Source: Eledone cirrhosa
Taxonomy: Eukaryota
Direction: 5' to 3'
DNA: 64,000 nt
Assembly: GCA_964016885.1 (NCBI GenBank)
Contig: OZ024761.1
Coordinates: forward strand, 12,276,001 to 12,340,000
Shown: one piece after another, positions 47,438-60,558 of the stretch
How positions within the stretch are numbered: position 1 is the stretch's first letter
Layout: each line of letters begins with the position of its first letter
The notes under the pieces: generated by a model
Told to the model about the DNA's origin: nothing
Seen by the model: only the letters and a program-made list of their open reading frames with translations
Databases searched by the model: none
Position numbers and translations under genes: made by a program

Positions 47438-48993
47438 ACTAAAAAATTCGCTGAGAGTTATCGTTTGAATTACTTGCCCCTGATTGGAACTATTCTCGTT
47501 TGTTGTCATTCTTCTTTATTGAATTAAACTGTTAACATCGTTTGGATTTACTCGTGTAATTTGATAGAATCAGTCTGGATATTATACTAATGGTGAGAGG
47601 TATGTAATGTTTTATTTGCCGTATATACACTCACAGACATACATTATTCTATATGCCTTTCATCCTTATAGGGTCGATAAAATAAAGTACCAGTAATGCA
47701 CTGGATAATTGCTGGCCTTGTGCCAAAAGTAGAAACAATTATTCTATATACAGAAAGATTCTAGAGACGTACATATTGTTTTATTTAAACCTAAATACAC
47801 ACACAAAACTAGATTTATATATATAAATGTTCTTGAACTGAGGTAAAATACCCTCTAATTTACCTATACGAACGCTTTATTTGCCATGTATATTTTAATT
47901 CATTGCTAAACACTCGAAAATACAGTCTTAGATATATATATTAACATTCTTTAGTGTATGCATTCACCTCTATAATCCATACACTGGAAGAAACGTTTCC
48001 TATCTAGATCAATATACACATATAAAGCTACATTTATATATACACCTTCATTCTTCTAAAGAGGTATGTAATGTTTTAGTTGTCCCTTAAATTCATCGAT
48101 AAACACGTAGTTATTCCTGAGACACAAGAATATATTTCACTACTCTTCATATACAGGAGGAATGTTAGAGACGTATATGTATAATATAACCGTCTTTTTA
48201 CTAAGAATAATAACTAAAACCCCTTCATACTCAGGAAAACTAAACATTCTATCTACATACACCGCCTTCTGTCTTATTCATAGTGGTACATTGTTAGAAG
48301 TAACTAACTAAGCCTTCTCTCGACACTATCATTGCATATTTTAAAATCCACTTCTTTATATACTATATTTAGGTTTAATCAATACTTGATGATTGGAATC
48401 ATGGTCTTAAGATTACCCAAATCGATACTAACTATTACAAATACAGATCTCTCTAAGGCTATGTTACCTACATATTAATTGTTCTGAAAAGATGGATCAG
48501 TCTTCTCCTCTATGAAGCAGAAACGTGGCCCCTCACAAAGACGATTGACAGCAGTGCCCTGAGGACCATCACAGCCTTACTCTCGTTCAACGCAGTAGCA
48601 CCTGGTCGGCTCTACCCATGATGATGCCGGTCTAGTCTAACAAGAATAGATGTACAAAATACTCGAATATAAGGTGACCCTCCTCCCTATCTTATGTCTG
48701 AGAAGTGGGCAAAAATGCGAACCTTATTTACGTAGAATTTGAAGTTGGCGAAAATGGTCAAACTATTGACTCCCTATATAAGTCAATCCCTTACTACATA
48801 TTCCCTGGCTTCTATTCGTGTATATCCCGTTATATATGTACAAAATACTAGTAGTTCCTTAATGGCTATATATCCCGTTATATGTATATATAGAGAGAAA
48901 CGGAAAGAAAGCGAGATAACACTCGGAATATGTCGTGTTATCTCGCTTTCTTTCCGTTTCTTTTTTTTTTTAAAAAAGAAGGAAAATGTTAGC

Positions 48994-49188
48994 TATAAGT
49001 ATGACTATTTGACTCTGTAGAATTGCGGCTTGTGCGTGGCGCTGCACGTAGCGTTTCTGGCTTCGCTCTCGTACTTAGGTATGGCATGACCATTCTATGT
49101 GTTTGAAGTTCGAATCGTTGCGGGGGTCGGCCGGGACCACAGCAGGCTGGCTTTATGCTGGCCTGCTCTCCCCCTCGCATGAGTTTTT
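48994..49188 (+). ncRNA. Candidate Pol III structured RNA, type B
   Basis: TATAAGTA at 48994, TGGCGCTGCACG at 49037, GTTCGAATC at 49108, TTTTT at 49184. Confidence 0.45.
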
Positions 49189-51392
49189 GCCAAATAATTT
49201 AACGAGAGTTATCTCCCCTAAATTGGAATTATCTGCCTTTTGTTGACATTGAACTACTTCCGGTTTGTGGAACTCTTCTTACTTTGTTGACATTTCTCTT
49301 CAGTGTATGGAAGCTGTAACATCATTCTATTTACTCTGGGACTATTAACGATATCTGTTTGGATTTTACGTTCGTGTAAAGAGGTATGTAAAGTTTTATT
49401 CACACTCACGAATATTATTGAGACACAAAAATACATTTCACTATCTTGGAAATATACATACATTTAATTCTTCAATATAAATACATTCTTGTAGTGTTTT
49501 AGTTGCCATGTCTTTTAAATTTATTCTAAACCTCCTTCCGAGAAACAAAACAAAACAAATAATATATACACGCAGCTACCTCTTCTAACTAAACATACAT
49601 GTTACTTTCCTCTCTATACCTTATACCATCGTAATTTCTACGTCGAGTTACCTCGGCATCACCACCTTTACTCCAACTCAGCATTCTCTCTTGCACACAT
49701 CATATCAACTATATATTTATATTATAATCGTATCTCTATTACACCTTCTCTGTATATACTTACTTAGAAGAAAGGTATATCTCCTCATTATACACAGTAT
49801 CCGGAGCTATATCAGAAACTGTAGTATATAGAATACAGACCCTCTCTCTATACATAAACACACTTCGAAGTATCGTATATATGCAGCATCTACATACACA
49901 CAAGGCAAAGTTAAAACCCTCATCTCTACTACTTTTCCCGAGGATACTTACATAAAACTCTGGATATTTTATCAAGGCATCTATTTTTTGTATGTAGAAG
50001 ACATTATATTCACTATCCTTCTCAATAGAGGAAAACAACTCCCCATACATACAGTTCTTTATAGAATACACTGCCTTGTTATATAAATATTGTACACATG
50101 TGTGTATATAATACACTTCTATATATATAGAAACTTACTACTAGATATTGTGTGTACACAGCAAAGAATCTACTTTTTGTATGTAGAGACTCCTCTGTAA
50201 CATCTAGAAGGCTTATATTTACTATCCTTCTCTATAATTAAAAAAAAAACCCATATATACAGTAATACCTTATCTAGAGGCATATAAGAAACTGTATTTC
50301 ACAGCCCTATACCCACTCTCCTAAGAAACTAAACTGTTCATGATAAAGAGGTTTAATTTCTGCCTCTAGAAAAGTATTGATGTTAGAGCTGTGTAATCTG
50401 GATTGTTTTTATTAATACCCTCTGCTTCTTTCCAGGTATGTTGAAGATCTCCGCCAGCTCAACTTAGTGTGTAAATACACACAGTCGTCTCAAGAAATAA
50501 AATAACTCCAACAACAAAATGTAGTTTATTTATTGATCTTTATTTCACATTTTCGTTTCTTATATATATACACAGGTAGTATCTTACATGTAGATCGTTT
50601 AACTTTCATTCATATTAAATATATAGGAATTAACAGCTGTGTATATATAACTAGTGGATTGTTAAACACATGCCTAGAGATAAAAAGGTATTAACATGCG
50701 AGAGAATTCAATTATTATGTCATTAGTGAGAAACATCCTTCTTGTAAGAAGTGTATATATAGAATAGATTAATTAATGTGTATGTACACTATAGAATCCC
50801 AGTAAGAAACATCCTTCTTACTGAAAGAAGTAAGTGTGGTGCTATAGAAAAGTTTCTTTGAGAATGGAAACTGTATATATAGATATGTAATGCGAGTAAG
50901 TTTATTTCTTTCTGTGTATATAGGTATTCTATATCTCCTGTAAGAGGTTATAATATCTATATATACAGGGTTATGTGGATATTCTATATCTCTCTCATAC
51001 TTACCAGTAAGTATATAGGTATTAATAAATAAGTTTCATATTATAAACATTTATAATGTGTATATATACAGTATTCTAGTAAGTTTATTTCCTTCTGTAT
51101 ATAGAATAGATTTGTATTCTATATCTCTCCCAGTATGTATATAGGAATAGAAGTATGAATTCAGTTCGAAACATCTTTCATGAAAGTAATGTATATAATG
51201 CAGTATTCTAGTGAGGCCATTTCTTTCTGTATGTATACATATGCCTAGAGATAGAAGGGTGTTAATATGTATGGATTCTATAGAAGTAAGTGTATATATA
51301 CACATGGTTTTAAGGTAATAGTATCCTATAGAATACACATACTTACTTCTATCTAGAGAAAAAAGTTCAACTCCTTAGCTATATTTATATAA

Positions 51393-52972
51393 ACATACAT
51401 ATGTATGTATATACACATATGTATATATATATACATATGTATGTATATATACATACATATGTATGTATATATACATACGTATGTATATACATACGTATGT
51501 ATATACATACGTATGTGTATGTATATATATATACATACGTATGTATATATACATACGTATGTATGTATACATACGTACGTATGTATGTATATATACATAC
51601 GTACGTATGTATGTATATATACATACGTATGTATATATACACATGTATATATACATACGTATGTATATATATATACATACGTATGTATATATACATACGC
51701 ATGTATATATACGTATGTATACATACATATGTATGTATATATACATACGTAAGTATATATACATATATATATATACATACACACGTATGTATACATACAT
51801 ATGTATGTATATACATACGTATGTATATACATACGTATGTATATATATATACATACGTATGTATATATATACATACATATGTATATATACACATACATAT
51901 GTATGTATACATACATAAGTATATATACATACGTATACATACATGTGTATATACGTATGTATATATATACATACGTATGTATATATACATACGTATGTAT
52001 ACAGACAGACATACATACGTATACGTATGCATGCATACATATGTATGTATATATACATGTAAGTATATATACATACGTATGTATATATACATACGTACGT
52101 ATGTATACATACATACGTATGTATATACATACGTATGTATACATACTTACGTATGTATACATACATACGTATGTATATACATACGTATGTATATATATAC
52201 GTGTGTATATGTATACGTATGTATGTATACATACATATGTATGTATACATACGTAAGTATGTATATATACATACGTATGTATATATACATACATACGTAT
52301 GTATATATATATATATACATGTGTATATGTATATATAAATACGTATGTATGTACATACATATGTATATACATACATGTATGTATACATACATATGTATAC
52401 ATACGTAAGTATGTATATATACATACGTATGTATGTATACATACATGTATGTATACATACATATGTATACATACGTAAGTATGTATATATACATACGTAT
52501 GTATGTATATATACTTACATGTATGTATATATACATACGCATGTATGTATACATACGTATGTATATATAAATACGTATGTATGTACATACATATGTATAT
52601 ATACATACATATGTATATATGCATACATACGCATGTATATATACATACATATGTGTATACACACGTATGTATACATACATATGTATATACATACGCATAC
52701 ATACGTATGTATATATACATACATATGTGTATACACACGTATGTATATATATATATACACGTATGTATATATACATATGTATATATATATACATGTATGT
52801 ATATATATACATGTATGTATGTATATATATACATATGTATTTATATATAGATATGTATTTATATATATACCTACTTGTGTATGTATACATACATATGTAT
52901 GTATATATATTCATACATATGTATATATATACATACATATGTATGTATATATACATACATATGTATATACAT
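51393..52972. repeat. CpG-containing (TATG/TACG/TACA) compound microsatellite
   Basis: Directly visible. Confidence 0.95.
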
Positions 52973-54524
52973 CTTTAATTCCTTAGCTATATTTATATAA
53001 TACAGTAGTGTAGAGATATAAGGGTACTAATATGTATGTAGGTTGTTGTCTTTATATCTGTGTAGTGTAACTTCTAATTTTACAATGAAGATATGCTTTA
53101 TATACACAAAAGTGTTTATATGGTGAGTATGCCTGCCTAGAGGAGAACAGGGTATTGATGTATCCTTTAAAGAAAAGGGTAACTGCGTACATATTGTTCT
53201 ACATACTGTACTCTATTGAACACAACTTCAATATATAATGGAGGTACTTCTTCCAATATAGAGAAGAAGGTATATTATAGACATGAAGTAAGCTTTGTGT
53301 GTCATATTGAATATAGTTTTTCTATATATGTGTGTATGTAAAGAACACTAAATTTCTTTGTATTTATACAGTTAGCTCTCTTGCTTCTTAGGAAGCATGT
53401 ACACTTTCTACTGTGAGATCCTTATACACAACTAGAAGAACAATAGTAGTAGTTTCCTAAGAGACGTATGTGTAGTATCTAGCGAGAATGTATTGATATG
53501 TATGTACAGATCAAAACCTCTTATCTTATATATGTATGATGTTCACTTCCAGGTTTCTACATACACGTGTATAATATAAAGAGACACACACAATGTGGGT
53601 TTAGATATATTCTATAGAATACAGTTTCTTATATACAGACATGTCTACATTGATGTTATTTACCTGTATATAGAGATGGCTTGTTTCTAATAGGTGTGTA
53701 TCTAGGAAATAATTTATATAATATGAATCTAGTATACAGTGACAGAAGGTTTTTGTCTTCCTACAGTGTAAGAGGTGTCTAGTGTGTGTATATATACAGG
53801 GAGTAAATAATAAGGCAACAAAGGAAAATACTGGTTTATTCTTTTATTTCACAATTTATTTACCTTTCTTCTTGAGATAGGGTTGTAGTAGTCTCCAGGT
53901 CTGGTGCTGTTCCTTAGGAATATAAAATAGGTTAGTTGTGTATATATAAAGGTTTAGTTTTGTATCTAGTGAAGAACGTTTATATATGGATGATGTAGCT
54001 ATCAAGCAGGTGCGGATGCTAGAAGTAGTAGTAAGGAGTCTTACGGCAAAGTAATGGAGCTACCATGCTTCGTTAGATATAACTGTATGGTTTAGCTTCT
54101 ATATTTATATGTCTAGAGAAGGTTTAGTTTCATGTCTATTATTCCAGTACGAACAAGTTTGTATATTGCGCCTCATAAGTATCTGTTATGATAGAAGGGA
54201 GACCGTTTATATATGAATATAGCTTCATGTGTACGTATGTCAACAGGATTCTTCATCTACATGGTTTAGAATAAATTTACGGCTAATACATAAATATGCC
54301 TGAAGTGTTTGTGTATTTACGTGAAAAAGTGTCTTCTTGTATATAGAATATCTGTGTGTGTATTCAGGTATAAGGTTTATATACAGAAGATAAAATGTGT
54401 ATAGAGAGGAAGCTTGGTTATATTTCCTTACAAGTATGTATATAGTATCGAGAGAAGATTTAGTTGTAACATGTTAGAAGAGGTGTGTATATATACAGAT
54501 CATACTTAGTTTTGTATCATAATA

Positions 54525-55930
54525 GAGGAGGGTAACATGTATGTTTAGTTAGAAGAGGTAGCTGCGTGTATATATTTAGTTTTGTTTCTTTAAAAGACAT
54601 GGCAACTTACTTTTGTGTCTCAATACGGCAAATAAAACTTTACATACCTCTTTACACGAACGTAAAATCCAACCCAGAGTAAATAGAATGATGTTACAGA
54701 TTCAATACACTGAAGAGAAATGTCAACAAAGTAAGAAGAGTTCCACAAACCGGAAGTAGTTCAATGTCAACAAAGGGCAAATAATTCCAACTAAGGGGAG
54801 ATAACTCTCGTCAAATTGTTTGGCAAAAACTCATGCGAGGGGGAGAGCAGGCCAGCATAAAGCCAGCCTGCTGTGGTCCCGGCCGAACCCCGCAACGATT
54901 CGAACTTCAAACACATAGAATGGTCATGCCATACCTAAGTACGAGAGCGAAGCCAGAAACGCTACGTGCAGCGCCACGCACAAGCCGCAATTCTACAGAG
55001 TCAAATAGTCATACTTATAGCTAACATTTTCTTTCTTTTTAAAAAAAAAAAAGAAACGGAAAGAAAGCGAGATAACACGACATATTCCGAGTGTTATCTC
55101 GCTTTCTTTCCGTTTCTCTCTATATATAAATATAACGGGATATATAGCCATTAAGGAACTACTAGTATTTTGTACATATATAACGAGATATACACGAATA
55201 GAAGCCAGGGAATATGTAGAAAGGTGTTGACTTATATAGGGAGTCAATAGTTTGACCATTTTCGCCAACTTCAAATTCTACGTAAATAAGATTCGGATTT
55301 TTACCCATTTCTCAGACATAAGATAGGGAGGAGGGTCACCTTATATTCGAGTATTTTGTACATCTATTCTTGTTAGACTAGACCGGCATCATCATGGGTA
55401 GAGCCGACCAGGTGCTACTGCGTTGAACGAGAGTAAGGCTGTGATGGTCCTCAGTGCACTGCTGTCAATCGTCTTTGTGAGGGGCCACGTTTCTGCTCCA
55501 TAGAGGAGAAGACTGATGCATCTGTTCAGAACAATTAATATGTAGGTAACATAGCCTTAGAGAGATCTGTATTTGTAATAGTTAGTATCGATGTGGGTAA
55601 TCTTAAGACCATGATTCCAATCATCAATATATGTATTGATTAAACCTAAATATAGTATATAAAGAAGTGGATTTTAAAGTGTGCAATGATAGTGTCGAGA
55701 GAAGGCTTAGTTAGTTACTTCTAACAATATACCAATATGAATAAGACAGAAGGCGGTGTATGTAGATAGAATGTTTAGTTTTCCTGAGTATGAAGGGGTT
55801 TTAGTTATTAATCTTAGAAAAAAGACGGTTATATTATACATATACGTCTCTAACATTCCTCCTGTATATGAAGGGTAGTGAAATATATTCTTGTGTCTCA
55901 GGAATAACTACGTGTTTATCGATGAATTTA
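54525..55930 (-). repeat. Inverted duplicate of ~48087-49615
   Basis: Reverse-complement match with small deletions; the ORF-track peptides are mirrored. Confidence 0.92.
54825..55019 (-). ncRNA. Candidate Pol III structured RNA, type B (inverted copy)
   Basis: Reverse complement of 48994-49188. Confidence 0.45.
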
Positions 55931-58820
55931 TGGCTGACTATGAAGGACTGATGCTAGAGCTGGGAAATCTTGCATGAATTAATTTCAACTCTTCTTATTA
56001 ATAACTGCATTGTTTCTTTCCAACTAAACTGACATCTGACTGTTGAAAGAGGACTTCAAATGTAATTAGTAAGGACCTCTCGAAAATGGACAACATTTGG
56101 CATCGTGGTATTATCAAGTACCTGTAGAAAAGGGGTTTATCCCCCAAGGACATTCATGTTGACAAGGTTGCTACATTAAGGGATGACACTCCAGCTTTAT
56201 CAACAATTCAACAGGCTCTGGTCCACAATTATTGTCTCTCCTCCTTCTGCACATTATACCTCTACTACAATGGTCTCTGCTCCTCCCCAGCCCATAAATA
56301 TGATGTTCCCTCTCTACCTCTACTACAGTGGTCTCTGCTTCTCCCCAGCCCCTAAATATGCCGTTCCCTCTGCCTATTCTATCTCTACTACTGTAGTCCC
56401 TGCTCCTCAGAGGTTGCTGGTCTCCAATGAAACACTCATCAGTTATGTTGAAAGCCTCTGGTCTATATAGTCACTACATTGAAGACATCCAACTCTGTTT
56501 TCTTCAAACCCACCATAACTTAATTCCTCTGCTGCTGTAGCTGAAACAATGGTTAGGTTTTTAAATCTTCCTCCTTCACACGACAATAACCTTCTGTTAT
56601 TTTCCCCCTTTCAAAAAAACCTACAACCATAAGAAACTCCTTGTCCACAGTTCGTGAAAAAGTTTCGGGATAAAAGAACTGGTGTAAACCTCCTTTGAGA
56701 TGTAACCTTGTAGGAGGTCAGTGTATATATATATATATATGTAAGTGTAAAGAGAGCTGGATGATGATCAACGAGATTACAGGAAGGAAGAGAGGGAGTT
56801 TGAGTTAGATCTGGGGATAAGAAGAGGCTGGACCATTTTAAGACCCTACTAGGAGAGCCATCTTCGACAGCCCAGAATACCAGGGAGATCAGACAGCTAT
56901 TTGAGGAACTGGATATTGAGACAGGACCTTCAGCAGAGAGGGGCTTCAGCGAACCAAGAAGATCAAGACCCATGGAGAGGCATCAAAAGTGATGAAGAGG
57001 TGTTATTTTGATGATATCATCCTGGAGTTCTGTAACCAGGCACTGGAGAAAGTTGCCCTTGATCACTAACATCATCTCAGTACCAAAGAAGGGAGATCTT
57101 TCTAACATGAACAACTACAGGGGAATCTCATTGATGTCACTTGTGGCAAAGACCCTCAACAGAATCCAGCCCGATATGTATATATATATATATATATATT
57201 ATAAGAATTTTCTGTACTATGGACATATATTGTTTCCTTTATTTAAGTGTTGTTTGCACCACCTTAATCCATAATCTTTGGTGTAAGCAGGATTAAGCAC
57301 TCTATCTATCCAACAGTGGTATTGGATTGCTTATAACACATTGAAGTATCAGTGTATATATATAGTGTGTTTTTTTTTTGTCCCTTTCATTTCATAAAAC
57401 CAAATACCTAGTTAGCTACAACTACACTGTACTAAACACACACTATATATTTACTATGTATGATGATGTCCAAGGATGATTCAAGTTGGCATTAGTTACA
57501 TTCTAGAAATATCCCATATTGCTCAATGCACACTCTGAAGGTTTCCTTTTGTCTTCCTCACATGAAACAGAACTATCAGAGTCATTCTTTTTCACCGATG
57601 AATCAAGAACATCATAAAGTTGTACATGAGTTGGCAGTGAATTTTGATTGCTCCACCAAGTCCTATGATAATGAACCTAACTACAATATCTCGCAGTTCT
57701 AGCATCACTTCTTCAAAGCCAGCCTATGAGCTTTTCAGCTGATCCTCTTTTGTAGAGAAGAATGTTTATATAAATGTAGCTTTGTGTGTCTGACTAGAGA
57801 AGATTTAGTTGTGTTTATTTGACAAGGTAAGTATTTATATATAACTGTATCTATGTGTAAGTCTAGAGTAGGTTTAATTTCTTAGAAGAGGTATATATAA
57901 ATGTAGCTTTATATGTTATGTGTGTAGAGAGAGATGTTTTGTTTATTAGACAAAATAAGTATGTATATATGAATGTAACAGAATGCCTTCAGTTCTCTGA
58001 ATTAAAATCCTGCTGAGGTCAACTTTGCCTTTCATCCATTTGAGGTTGATAAAACAAAGTACCAGTCTAGTATTGAGGTTGATTCTTCTGTTTCTCTGGA
58101 AGAAATCTGCTGTATTCAGACCTGGAGAGGAGATGGGTCTGCCAGGTTTTAAAAAGTGCCCTAGAAATACTGTATGTCAATGTGTGGCCTGTATGACTCC
58201 CTTAGAAGTTGCAGGTCCATGCATACACGTAACTCTCACAGTTTGGAAGTTCTGCATTCATCACATTGCTCCAGTACTCACAGCCGAGGAGTTAGTCCTG
58301 TGGTAGACCAGCGTACTATCCAGGGAGAGTCTTGTACTCTCAGACACTTAACACCAAGCAAACTGGTCATAAGCTGAGAACAGTCTTTATATATTATACT
58401 AAATTTTGGTCTAATCACATATCGATGAAGGAAATCATGGTCTTAAGATGCTTATTACCAAAATAGATAATTAGTACTAATTACTAAGATCGATGGTTTG
58501 CATTTTTTATTTTCTGTATTAACATAAACATTACTATCTTGAAGTCAATATACTTATTGTTCTGTATATATATATGTATTAAATACTAGTAGTTTAAACT
58601 TGTTACATATAGAAACGGGATGAAAGTAAGGTAACACGGTCGTGAAAAAGTAATTTCTTTCTGAAAATATTTCGGAGACGAAGTATAATATTGATAATTA
58701 TTCGGTAGAGATCTCAACTCTCACCATACGAAATATATTCAGAAAGAGATATTTCTCCACGCCCTCAGTTATCTCGTCTTCATTCCGTTTTTATATATTT
58801 TTAATAAATAAAATTCTAAC

Positions 58821-59000
58821 TATAAGTATGACTAAATTACTCAGTAGAGTTGCGCTCTGTGCATGGCGCTGCACGTAACGTTTCGAGCTTCGCTGTCGTA
58901 CTTCGGTATGGCATGACCATTCCATGTGTCTGAAGATCGAATCGTTGCGGCGGCTGCCCGGCTTTATGCTGGCCTGCGTCCCCACCTCGAATTGAGTTTT
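58821..59000 (+). ncRNA. Candidate Pol III structured RNA, type A (second copy)
   Basis: Matches 47259-47437 with a few substitutions. Confidence 0.42.
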
Positions 59001-60363
59001 ACTAAAAAATTCGCCGAGAGTTATCGTTTGAATTACTTGCACCTGATTGGAACTATTCTCGTTTGTTGTCATTCTTCTTTATTGAATTAAACTGTTAACA
59101 TCGTTTGGATTTACTCGTGTAATTTGATAGAATCCGTCTGGATATTATACTAATGGTGAGAGGTATGTAATGTTTTATTTGCCGTATATACACTCACAGA
59201 CATACATTATTCTATATGCCTTTCATCCTTATGGGGTCGATAAAATAAAGTACCAGTAATGCACTGGATAATTGCTGGCCTTGTGCCAAAAGTAGAAACA
59301 ATTATTCTATATACAGAAAGATTCTAGAGACGTACATATTGTTTTATTTAAACCTAAATACACACACAAAACTAGATTTATATATATAAATGTTCTTGAA
59401 CTGAGGTAAAATACCCTCTAATTTACCTATACGAACGCTTTATTTGCCATGTATATTTTAATTCATCGATAAACACGTAGTTATTCCTGAGACACAAGAA
59501 TATATTTCACTACTCTTCATATACAGGAGGAATGTTAGAGACGTATATGTATAATATAACCGTCTTTTTACTAAGAATAATAACTAAAACCCCTTCATAC
59601 TCAGGAAAACTAAACATTCTATCTACATACACCGCCTTCTGTCTTATTCATAGTGGTACATTGTTAGAAGTAACTAACTAAGCCTTCTCTCGACACTATC
59701 ATTGCATATTTTAAAATCCACTTCTTTATATACTATATTTAGGTTTAATCAATACTTGATGATTGGAATCATGGTCTTAAGATTACCCAAATCGATACTA
59801 ACTATTACAAATACAGATCTCTCTAAGGCTATGTTACCTACATATTAATTGTTCTGAAAAGATGGATCAGTCTTCTCCTCTATGAAGCAGAAACGTGGCC
59901 CCTCACAAAGACGATTGACAGCAGTGCCCTGAGGACCATCACAGCCTTACTCTCGTTCAACGCAGTAGCACCTGGTCGGCTCTACCCATGATGATGCCGG
60001 TCTAGTCTAACAAGAATAGATGTACAAAATACTCGAATATAAGGTGACCCTCCTCCCTATCTTATGTCTGAGAAGTGGGCAAAAATGCGAACCTTATTTA
60101 CGTAGAATTTGAAGTTGGCGAAAATGGTCAAACTATTGACTCCCTATATAAGTCAATCCCTTACTACATATTCCCTGGCTTCTATTCGTGTATATCCCGT
60201 TATATATGTACAAAATACTAGTAGTTCCTTAATGGCTATATATCCCGTTATATTTATATATAGAGAGAAACGGAAAGAAAGCGAGATAACACTCGGAATA
60301 TGTCGTGTTATCTCGCTTTCTTTCCGTTTCTTTTTTTTTTTTAAAAAGAAAGAAAATGTTAGC

Positions 60364-60558
60364 TATAAGTATGACTATTTGACTCTGTAGAATTGCGGCT
60401 TGTGCGTGGCGCTGCACGTAGCGTTTCTGGCTTCGCTCTCGTACTTAGGTATGGCATGACCATTCTATGTGTTTGAAGTTCGAATCGTTGCGGGGGTCGG
60501 CCGGGACCACAGCAGGCTGGCTTTATGCTGGCCTGCTCTCCCCCTCGCATGAGTTTTT
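60364..60558 (+). ncRNA. Candidate Pol III structured RNA, type B (third copy)
   Basis: Matches 48994-49188. Confidence 0.45.

Larger units (their letters stand above)
44305..50772 (+). repeat. Segmental duplication, copy 1 (direct copy at 55931-62141)
   Basis: Colinear and highly similar; the ORF-track peptides recur. Copy 2 lacks ~44937-45010 and ~47900-48090. Confidence 0.95.

Noticed and set aside
47229-49180. Minus-strand MRGGxQASIKP ORFs, and a plus-strand ELRxVxGAARxVSGFA..LRYGMTIL peptide, as coding
   Set aside because: The minus frames diverge by frameshift between types A and B. The plus frame has no start, an upstream in-frame TGA, and only 5 of 11 differences synonymous. A terminal coding exon is not fully excluded.
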